Source: Cyanobacteriota bacterium (GTDB taxonomy: Bacteria; Cyanobacteriota; Cyanobacteriia; Thermostichales; Thermostichaceae). From it: a DNA stretch of 64,000 bases. The translations under genes and the position numbers were made by a program. The stretch's first letter is position 1. Every line of letters starts with the position of its first letter. The stretch spans positions 96,001-160,000 of the forward strand of contig JANRIL010000042.1 of assembly GCA_033764955.1 (NCBI GenBank), given 5' to 3'. The notes below the pieces were generated by a model, which had not been told where the DNA came from, did not search any database, and saw only the letters and a program-made list of their open reading frames with translations. Of the stretch, positions 20,173-28,374 are shown in pieces.

Positions 20173-21006
20173 ATGAGCCAGTCTCATCGCAAAAAAGCTC
20201 CCCTGAAAAAGGAGCTTATCGCTCAAGTGGAGGAGTTGCGATCCGCCAACCAGCAGTTGATCAAAGATTATCAAGTTTTACTCAAGCAGTACCAGGGCTT
20301 AGAAGAGCAGTTGCAAAAGGAAATAACCGAACGCCAGAGTGTTGAAGCTCAACTACGGCAGGAGTTGGAAAAAGCCCTCAGCGACAAAGCCAACCTACAA
20401 ATCGAGCTGGAAGTGAGTGTTTCCCACGGTGATGCCGTAGAAAGTCAACTCCAAGAGGATGTTGCCCTGGCGCGCTCAGCCGCTTATCTCGATGGTCTGA
20501 CGCAAATTGCCAATCGTCGCAAGTTTGATGAGTATCTGCCCAAAATGTGGTCACAAATGATCCGTGAGCAAACCCCCATTTCCTTGCTCATGTGTGATGT
20601 AGATTACTTCAAACTTTACAACGACTTTTATGGGCACTTAGCGGGGGATCATTGCCTGCAACAGATTGCGAAAGTTTTGGCAAAGGCTGTCAAACGTCCG
20701 CTGGATCTGGTAGCTCGCTATGGAGGGGAAGAATTTGTCGGGATTCTCCCCAACACCACCAGCCAGGGATCCCTACAAGTCTGCCAACAAATTCAAGCGG
20801 ATTTAGCTACCCTCAAACTGCCCCATCTGCGCTCGCCGGTCAGTGAGTTTGTTACCCTCAGCATGGGGCTGGCGACCACAATTCCTAGCCAGGGATCCCC
20901 TTGGAATATCTTGATTACCTCCGCCGATCAGGCTCTCTACCGAGCCAAATCCCAAGGACGCAACCAAGTTTTTGCCACTACTTTTGTTTCAAGACTAATA
21001 GGGTGA
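20173..21006 (+). CDS. Diguanylate cyclase with N-terminal coiled coil and one HGD motif
   Basis: DGLTQIANRR, DVDYFKLYND, I-site RPLD, intact GGEEF; ATG 20173 after GGAG. Confidence 0.92.
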   Translation: MSQSHRKKAPLKKELIAQVEELRSANQQLIKDYQVLLKQYQGLEEQLQKEITERQSVEAQLRQELEKALSDKANLQIELEVSVSHGDAVESQLQEDVALARSAAYLDGLTQIANRRKFDEYLPKMWSQMIREQTPISLLMCDVDYFKLYNDFYGHLAGDHCLQQIAKVLAKAVKRPLDLVARYGGEEFVGILPNTTSQGSLQVCQQIQADLATLKLPHLRSPVSEFVTLSMGLATTIPSQGSPWNILITSADQALYRAKSQGRNQVFATTFVSRLIG

Positions 21007-22966
21007 TGTCATCGAAAACTTTTTGTTGACCAATGTGCTGACGCAGATCCTCAACAATTGCTTTGCGGATCCCTTGGGCGGATTGGTAACGATGGTGCCG
21101 GATTACCTCGCATAATCGTTCCAACCCATATTGTTGATGATTGAGATTTTCGGCTTCTGTGATGCCATCTGTGTATAAGACAACGATATCACCCTGATAA
21201 AGAAATACTTCTCGATGATCAATAAAGTCAATGATTTCTGGCTCTAGACCCACCGGAAAACCCAGATCAATCGTATCAATTCGCTCAGTGTTTCCATCAG
21301 CACGAACTAAAATCATTTCTTCATGTTGCCCAGTTAGTTGCAACAACCCTTTTTGGTAATCCAGTAGAGATAATGTCAGGTTTTTATCCGATTGCATCCG
21401 TTGAACATTGCCATAGATCGCTTGGTTGACGGCGTTGAGAAATTGCTTGGGATCCTTTTCATCACTAGCCAGAAGGGTTCGCACCGCCATCTGCACCATA
21501 ATCATCAAGACTCCGCTTTCTAACCCATGTCCGGTCACATCCCCGATTCCAATCTTCAGGCGTTCTCCCTGGCGAATCACATCATAATAATCACCCCCTA
21601 CTTCAGTGGCTGACTCCATAAAGCCAGCGATTTCTAAATCGGGGATTTGGTTCAGTTCTTCATCTCTGGGTAGGATCAATTGCTGAATTTTGCGGGTGAC
21701 TTCTAGCTCAGTAGAGAGACGGGCATTTTCTGCCTCTAGGCTGCGATTGAGGGAGTGAATTTGTTGGTAGGCATTAGCTAAATTGGTGGCAATTAAGTTA
21801 AAGGATCGCACCACCTGACCCAATTCATCCTGATTTTCTAAGTTTAAGTTTCCTTGATAGTTCTCCTCAACCATTTGTTTAGAGGCAACATCCAAAGCAG
21901 CAACTGTTTGAGTAACGCTCAGATAAAAAGCAATAAAGAGATAAGTCACCAACAACAAAATGATTGACAAAAATATAAAGACAAACCATTTTCGCTGCTG
22001 AAATCCTAATATTCTTAATTGTAGTAGCTGATCCATTTCGTTAGTCGTCTGCTGCCAAAAGGCAAAACTCTCTCCCAATATCTCCTGGGAAAGCTGGGCA
22101 TAAAGATGCGCGTCTGGCTGATTTAGGGGATTAATCAACAGTAGAATTTCCGAACTAAGTTTTTGACTTTGATCAGAAAAACTGGCTGCCTCTGATCGAA
22201 GACTGAGATCAATAGTCTTGCGAATATTTTGAGCAAAGGCAACATTGATCGCTTGATCCAGTTCATGTCGATAACGCTCCAGCAAAACAGCTAAACTGAT
22301 TAGGCGAGAGCGTTCTTCTAAGCTAACAAAGTTTTGAGCAATAGCTTCCTCCGCCAAGCTATGAATATCTTGCAGAAGAATCTGCATGTCTGGGATTTTA
22401 ATTAGTAGGGCATCCATCAAATAGTAGGTGTCTAGATCAGGATCTAGGATCAAATTGGATACATCCCCAACCTTTCGGATTAACCGATGGGTTTGATCAG
22501 TTAGCTCTTGATAAAGGTAGTCATAGGTAACGGGGCTGAGGCTAGATTCTAGAAGATTTTGTCGATTTTGATCAAGTTTTACCAGTTCGTCTTGAATATC
22601 AAGCACCGAATTGAGGGATTGATCGACGGTGGCTATTGCCCTCAGTTGTTCTTCTAATCGCTTTAAGTCGAGTAGTCTTTGATCAGGATTGGGAACTTGA
22701 TAGAGTTCGATACGATTTTGACCTATTTGTTCAAGGAGCTGACTGATGGGACGCAAATAGGTGGTTCCATAAATCTCCATCTGAGAAAAATGAATACGGC
22801 TATTAATTTCAGAAATCAATAAATAAACAAATAAAGTAACGGGCAGCAGAAAGAGTAAGCTAATAACAGAAAATTTCTGAAGATATTTTAGGTGATTGAG
22901 AAAACGAATCGCAGGTCTAAAAATACTCAGAGAACCCATAGAAGTTCCTTGACTGATAGCAATCAT
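20978..22966 (-). CDS. Membrane sensor PP2C/SpoIIE phosphatase (TM, periplasmic helical domain, TM, HAMP, PP2C)
   Basis: VGGDYYD, GDVTGHG, YTDGITE, DDITLL motifs; two TM helices; SNLILDPDLDTYYLMD sensor motif. Confidence 0.92.
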   Translation of the reverse strand: MIAISQGTSMGSLSIFRPAIRFLNHLKYLQKFSVISLLFLLPVTLFVYLLISEINSRIHFSQMEIYGTTYLRPISQLLEQIGQNRIELYQVPNPDQRLLDLKRLEEQLRAIATVDQSLNSVLDIQDELVKLDQNRQNLLESSLSPVTYDYLYQELTDQTHRLIRKVGDVSNLILDPDLDTYYLMDALLIKIPDMQILLQDIHSLAEEAIAQNFVSLEERSRLISLAVLLERYRHELDQAINVAFAQNIRKTIDLSLRSEAASFSDQSQKLSSEILLLINPLNQPDAHLYAQLSQEILGESFAFWQQTTNEMDQLLQLRILGFQQRKWFVFIFLSIILLLVTYLFIAFYLSVTQTVAALDVASKQMVEENYQGNLNLENQDELGQVVRSFNLIATNLANAYQQIHSLNRSLEAENARLSTELEVTRKIQQLILPRDEELNQIPDLEIAGFMESATEVGGDYYDVIRQGERLKIGIGDVTGHGLESGVLMIMVQMAVRTLLASDEKDPKQFLNAVNQAIYGNVQRMQSDKNLTLSLLDYQKGLLQLTGQHEEMILVRADGNTERIDTIDLGFPVGLEPEIIDFIDHREVFLYQGDIVVLYTDGITEAENLNHQQYGLERLCEVIRHHRYQSAQGIRKAIVEDLRQHIGQQKVFDDITLLVLKQK

Positions 22967-23017
22967 TGAGGTTGGTAATCAAACTGCAAACAGCAGGAAT
23001 AAATAGGCTTTGTCGGA

Positions 23018-23761
23018 TCATCCTAGGGCTTGCAGGATGGTTTTGACGACAGCAGCAGAATGGCGGGCAGCAAGGTGACAAAATTGCAAAAAATCGTGGC
23101 TATCTCCTTCATCACTAATTGAGCGGATCAGCAGACAAGGGATCCCGGCGTCCTGAGCCACCCGTAAAACAGCCACCCCCTCCATTTCTACGGCATCGGC
23201 CAAGGTGCGCTGATAAACCTGTTGGCGTAAATCGGCACTGGCAATAAAGATATCCCCTGTGGCAATCCTACCGTGATGCACCTGCGGCGGGGATGGTTCT
23301 CCCCACTCGATCTCCGCTTGTTTTGCTAACACCAGATGCAATAGGGCGGGATTAGCGGTAATCCATTGTTCATGCTCTCCGGGCAAAAAATCCAGGCCCA
23401 AGCGAAATCCCTCCGGTCGGCCTGTACCAAAATCATGTTCAATCGCCTGGTTAGCCAGCAAAACATCCCCCATCGCTAAGCCTGTGCGGAGGGCAGCGGC
23501 TACCCCCGTGAATAGGAGGCGATGAACGGCAAAATGATTGACCAACGTCGTGGCGGTGATGGCGGCTCGCACCTTGCCAATCCCCCCCTGCACCAACACC
23601 ACGGGATGGCCGTAGAGCTGTCCTTGATAAAATTGCCGTCCCAATAGTTGATGAACACTGACGGCGGACATCGCCGCCAATAACATGTCAATCTCTGACG
23701 GCATTGCCCCCAAAATACCCGTCACCGAGGCAGGGATGGTTAGTAAGGTAGCATCGTTCAT
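23018..23761 (-). CDS. mtnN: 5'-methylthioadenosine/S-adenosylhomocysteine nucleosidase
   Basis: GILGAMPSE, GIGKV, TGDIFI, VEMEG, IRSISD motifs. Confidence 0.88.
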   Translation of the reverse strand: MNDATLLTIPASVTGILGAMPSEIDMLLAAMSAVSVHQLLGRQFYQGQLYGHPVVLVQGGIGKVRAAITATTLVNHFAVHRLLFTGVAAALRTGLAMGDVLLANQAIEHDFGTGRPEGFRLGLDFLPGEHEQWITANPALLHLVLAKQAEIEWGEPSPPQVHHGRIATGDIFIASADLRQQVYQRTLADAVEMEGVAVLRVAQDAGIPCLLIRSISDEGDSHDFLQFCHLAARHSAAVVKTILQALG

Positions 23762-23787
23762 GGGTGAGACCTCCTCGGTTGGGTCTC

Positions 23788-24690
23788 CTAGCGCAGTCGG
23801 ATCAAAACCGGGGATCCTCCGGCGGGGCTAAACACCAACTGATAATCGGTGGAGCCTTTGGGCACATCAAAAGCGATCCCACTCCGCAAGGTAGTTCCTG
23901 CCTTGGCTTTTGTTCCTAGGGGCTGTAACCCTCGCCCTGCCTCGGCGCTCAACCCCACTGCCCGATAGCCTGTTCCTTCCCCATCGTAAGCTCCAAACTC
24001 GGTTGCCCCCAAAGAGGTTTCTTGTCCGCTGCCATTTTGAGCGGAAAACAAAACGATTAACCACTCTCCTTTGGCCTCACCGCTCACCAGAGCAGATTTG
24101 TTGCCGGGGGCTTGTACCTGATTCACGGTTATCGTCCAGTTGCCTGCTTTGACGGCTTTGCCAGGACCAGGGATCCGCGCCGCGATGGCCTTGCGATAAT
24201 TCACCAGATCGGGACGGTTGTTTTGGGCTTTGATGATGTCATCCATCTGGTTGAGGGCAGATTGAAAATCATTGGCAGCCACAGCCGCATCCACCTTAGC
24301 CAGTTTCTCTAACTCCGTCCGCAGAGCCTTCAGCCGCACATCCCCTTTGGGGTCAGGATACTCTTTGGTAACTTGATCAATCAGGGCAACCGCCTCCGCC
24401 CACCGTCCAGCCTGAAACGCTTTATCTACCTCTACCAACAGCACATAGCGTTGCCGATAGGGTTCTAAATCCCCTTTGCGATCCGGCTGTTGCTGGACAA
24501 TTTGATCAATCAGATCAATCGCCGTTTGCCATTGTCCAGCATCCACTGCCTTTTGGAATTGCTCATTCAGGCTTTGGGCAAATCCGGGCAAGCTGACACC
24601 TGGTGCGGTCAAGGCAACAGCCAAGAAGATGCTTAACCAAAGAGAAGAACGGCGCATAGGAAGCATTCCCAAACAGCGATAGATGATCAA
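23788..24690 (-). CDS. Secreted protein with helical (TPR-like) N-terminus and DUF4352-like beta domain
   Basis: Signal peptide ending GFA-Q; repeated A...WQ/WAEA..LIDQ helices; C-terminal ITVN..V...W.IV.F...N...IAFDVP; true start probably a downstream Met. Confidence 0.6.
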   Translation of the reverse strand: MIIYRCLGMLPMRRSSLWLSIFLAVALTAPGVSLPGFAQSLNEQFQKAVDAGQWQTAIDLIDQIVQQQPDRKGDLEPYRQRYVLLVEVDKAFQAGRWAEAVALIDQVTKEYPDPKGDVRLKALRTELEKLAKVDAAVAANDFQSALNQMDDIIKAQNNRPDLVNYRKAIAARIPGPGKAVKAGNWTITVNQVQAPGNKSALVSGEAKGEWLIVLFSAQNGSGQETSLGATEFGAYDGEGTGYRAVGLSAEAGRGLQPLGTKAKAGTTLRSGIAFDVPKGSTDYQLVFSPAGGSPVLIRLR

Positions 24691-24887
24691 AACGATACCT
24701 TTTTCAGAATACCCTCAGAAACCCTGGAAATGTCCCAACCAGATGGCAATACCTGATTTTCAGAAATAACCAAAGAGATTACATCAAATTACAAAATTCC
24801 CAACCAATCTGGACTCGAAAGAGAATGGGACTCATTAAAGTTGCCGTTTCTCTTGCGGACTTATCTTGAAAGAAAAGGATTGAAAAG

Positions 24888-27800
24888 ATGGGATCCCTGA
24901 GTGACGCCCAGATGCGTCTGCTGTTTGAAGCGGCAGCGGATCCCTTGTTTGTGATCACCACCCAGGGTCGGATTGTGGATCTGAACCGCGCTGCCTGTGA
25001 GTTGCTGAGGGTGGAGCGCGCGCAGTTGTTGGGTTCCTCCCTGGGGGATTTGGGGATTGCTTCCGAACCCACAAGCTGGATATCCGATGGGCAGAGGGGG
25101 GAACTGAAGCTACTACGGCAAGATGGCTCCTTTGTGGAAGGGGACTATACCCTCACCCCCCATGTCTGGCCGGATCATCACCTGCTGAGTTGGCGGGATG
25201 GCAGTCCCCACCATCCCTGGCGGCAACAATGGCAGGACAGTCAACGCCGATATCAGACCCTCTTTGAAATCTTGCCGATTGGGGTATCGCTAGCTGACTC
25301 TCAGGGCAATCTGATCGCCGCCAACCTAGCCTCGGAGGAAATTTTAGGGATCCCGGTATCTGAGCATACCCATCGCCGTTTGGATACTCCCGATTGGCAA
25401 ATCCTTCATCCCGATGGTCGCAAAATGTCACTGGAAGAACTGCCTGCTAGCCAAGCCCTGCAAAACCAGCAAGTCGTGACCGATGTTGAGATGGGGGTTA
25501 TGCGCCCCGATGGATCCCTGCGATGGCTGCATGTGAATGCCGCGCCGCTTCCCCCACCCAATCAGGGGGTGGTCACTGTCTTTATGGACATCACCGACCA
25601 AAAAGCGGCTCAAGCCAAACTGCGGGAGCAAACCGCCCGTGAACAAGCCCTCAACCGCGTAGTGCAGGCCGTTCACAGCTCCCTAGAGTTGGAGGCTGTC
25701 TTTCGGATTGCCGCCAACCAAGTGGCCGAGATTTTTCAAACGGAAGCCTCCATTGTGCAATATTTGCCGGAGCAGGGTTGCTGGCGACATCTGGTGTTGA
25801 GTGATCAGACTCCAGAGCAGCCCAATCGTCTAATGGCAGGTGACATTCCCGATCAGAATAACCCCTTTGCCGAACGCCTCAAAAACCGTGAGGTTGTTCA
25901 GGTGGAGGACACCACCAGGATTGCTGACCCAATTAACCAAGAGATTGCTCAACGAGTGCCCGGATCTTGGTTGATGGTGCCGATTGTTATGCAAGGGAAG
26001 GTTTGGGGCAGTCTCAGCCAATTTCGTTTTCAACAGATTAGCCACTGGCAACCGGAGGATGTCATGCTCAGCCAACGCATGGCGGATCAGTTGGCGATGG
26101 CGATTCAGCAATCCACCCTTTATCAGCAAATCAAAGAAACCAGCCAACGGGATGCCCTCGTCCTGGAAAGCATTGGGGAAGGAGTTTGGGATTGGGATCC
26201 CCAAACCAATCAGTCCCAGGTTTCGGGGCGCTATTGGCAGATTTTGGGCTATGAGGCCGATCGACCCGGTTACTCCAACTTAGAGCAAGAACATGCCCGC
26301 ATTCATCCCGACGACCTGGATCGGGTCAATGCCGCCATTCAAGCCCATCTGCAAACGGGGCAACGCTTTCATATTGAGTTTCGGGCGCAACATCGTCAGG
26401 GACACTACCTCTGGATCCGCGCCCGTGGACAAGCCATCTGGGATGAGCAAGGCCGTCCCCTGCGGATGTTGGGCAGCATGGAAGATATCAGCGACAAGAA
26501 ACAGATCGAACAGGAATTAGAGCATCGCGCCCAACGGGAACGCCTGCTGCGGGATATCACCCAGCAGATTCGTCAGTCTTTGGAGGTGAGCGTGATTTTA
26601 ACCTCTGCGGTGCAACAGATTCGCCTGATATTAAACGCGGATCGGGTTTTGATCTATCGGTTTCGCCCCGATTGGAGTGGCGACATGATTGCCGAATCCG
26701 TCGCGGATCCCTGGACACCCCTCCTCTCCACCCATTTGATGGATCCCTGTTTTCGGGATGATCTGGTGGTGTCCTATCAACAGGGTCGCCTCAACCGGAT
26801 CCCTGATATTCAAACCGCATCCCTGGCGGAGTGCCATTTCAACTTGCTGAATAATCTGCACGTGCGAGCCAACCTAGTGGTGCCCATCGTCAGCAACGAG
26901 ACCCTCTGGGGGCTGTTGTGTGTGCATCATTGTGCCTTCCCCCATGACTGGCAGGATTGGGAAGTGGAACTGAGCCAGCAAATTAGCGATCAGTTGGGTC
27001 TTGCGATTCACCAGGCGGAGCTGTATCAGCAGGTAAAAACGTTAGCCAGTCATCTGGAAGAACAGGTGCAGGAACGCACTCAACAGATCGAGCAAGCCCT
27101 CAAATTTGAAGCCATTCTCAAAACCATCATCGACCAAGTTCGCCATAGTTTGGATGAGAACCAAATCTTAGCAACGGTGGTGAGGGAATTGGGGGAGGTA
27201 TTGCAGTTAGAGTGTTGCGACACCGGCATTTACAACCCTGATCGCACCACCTCCACGATCACCCATGAATATATCCGCTCCGGCACCTCTGCTAAGGGCA
27301 CCACCTTTTCCATCACCGATACCCCCCACGCCGAGATCCGCTCCTTGGTGTTTTTGGGGATCCCTACCCAATTTTGTGACCTATTGCAGCCCTGCCTGCG
27401 GGAACAACCCATTGGCAAGGTTCGCCTGGTTTGCCCCATTCAGGACGAACAGAACATTCTGGGGGATATGTGGCTGGTCAAACCAACGGCGGATGGCTTC
27501 AGCCCCCAGGAGGTCAGGTTGATCAAGCAGGTGGCCAACCAATGTGCCATCGGCATTCGACAGGCTCGCCTCTATCAAGAAGCCCAGGCTCAGGTGCAGC
27601 GTCTTCAAGAACTCAATCAACTCAAAGAAGACTTTATTCATACGGTATCCCACGAGTTACGCACGCCGTTGACCAGCATGAAAATGGCTATCACTATGCT
27701 AGAAATCAGCAAACCGTCTCCCGAAAAGCAAGATTATTATCTGGCGATTCTCAAGGCGCAATGGAACCGTGAGCTGGCTTTGGTGAACGAACTGCTGGAG

Positions 27801-28310
27801 TTACAAGCCCTGGAATCGGGCACTCGTCCGTTGGTCTTAAGTTGCCTCAATTTGTCTCTCTGGATCCCTCCTTTAGTCGAGCCGTTTCATCTGCGCTGTG
27901 CCGAACGTCAGCAAGCCTTCCAGGTGTTTTTGGATCCCGCCCTTTCCCCCGTCACCACCGATCAAAGTCTCTTGGAAGGGATCCTCCTAGAGCTGCTCAA
28001 TAATGCCTGCAAATATACCCCTCCCCAGCAGCAGATTACCCTAGCCATTCATGCCCTCACCCGTCGCCTGCGAGTGGCGGTGACCAATACGGGGGTGACG
28101 ATTCCTGCCAGCCAATGCTCGCAGATCTTCGATAAATTTCATCGCATCCCCAGCCTGGATCACTACAACCAGGGGGGCACAGGCTTGGGTTTGGCGATGG
28201 TGCGGAAAGTGGTGGATTTGTTGCAGGGATCCCTGACGGTGCAAAGTAGTGGAGGCGTTACCACCTTCTGCGTTGAGCTGCCTTCTCTGGATACCCCCCC
28301 CTATCCATAG
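24888..28310 (+). CDS. Multi-sensor histidine kinase (PAS-PAS-GAF-PAS-DXCF CBCR GAF-GAF-HisKA-HATPase)
   Basis: DPCF (C621) and CH (C649) in one GAF; SHELRTPLT, NNACKY, GGTGLGL. Confidence 0.92.
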   Translation: MGSLSDAQMRLLFEAAADPLFVITTQGRIVDLNRAACELLRVERAQLLGSSLGDLGIASEPTSWISDGQRGELKLLRQDGSFVEGDYTLTPHVWPDHHLLSWRDGSPHHPWRQQWQDSQRRYQTLFEILPIGVSLADSQGNLIAANLASEEILGIPVSEHTHRRLDTPDWQILHPDGRKMSLEELPASQALQNQQVVTDVEMGVMRPDGSLRWLHVNAAPLPPPNQGVVTVFMDITDQKAAQAKLREQTAREQALNRVVQAVHSSLELEAVFRIAANQVAEIFQTEASIVQYLPEQGCWRHLVLSDQTPEQPNRLMAGDIPDQNNPFAERLKNREVVQVEDTTRIADPINQEIAQRVPGSWLMVPIVMQGKVWGSLSQFRFQQISHWQPEDVMLSQRMADQLAMAIQQSTLYQQIKETSQRDALVLESIGEGVWDWDPQTNQSQVSGRYWQILGYEADRPGYSNLEQEHARIHPDDLDRVNAAIQAHLQTGQRFHIEFRAQHRQGHYLWIRARGQAIWDEQGRPLRMLGSMEDISDKKQIEQELEHRAQRERLLRDITQQIRQSLEVSVILTSAVQQIRLILNADRVLIYRFRPDWSGDMIAESVADPWTPLLSTHLMDPCFRDDLVVSYQQGRLNRIPDIQTASLAECHFNLLNNLHVRANLVVPIVSNETLWGLLCVHHCAFPHDWQDWEVELSQQISDQLGLAIHQAELYQQVKTLASHLEEQVQERTQQIEQALKFEAILKTIIDQVRHSLDENQILATVVRELGEVLQLECCDTGIYNPDRTTSTITHEYIRSGTSAKGTTFSITDTPHAEIRSLVFLGIPTQFCDLLQPCLREQPIGKVRLVCPIQDEQNILGDMWLVKPTADGFSPQEVRLIKQVANQCAIGIRQARLYQEAQAQVQRLQELNQLKEDFIHTVSHELRTPLTSMKMAITMLEISKPSPEKQDYYLAILKAQWNRELALVNELLELQALESGTRPLVLSCLNLSLWIPPLVEPFHLRCAERQQAFQVFLDPALSPVTTDQSLLEGILLELLNNACKYTPPQQQITLAIHALTRRLRVAVTNTGVTIPASQCSQIFDKFHRIPSLDHYNQGGTGLGLAMVRKVVDLLQGSLTVQSSGGVTTFCVELPSLDTPPYP

Positions 28311-28374
28311 AAAAAACCCCCAGAATCCGCTAGCCTTTTGGTTGCTTACCCAGATCCTTTCCCATTGAGGAGCG

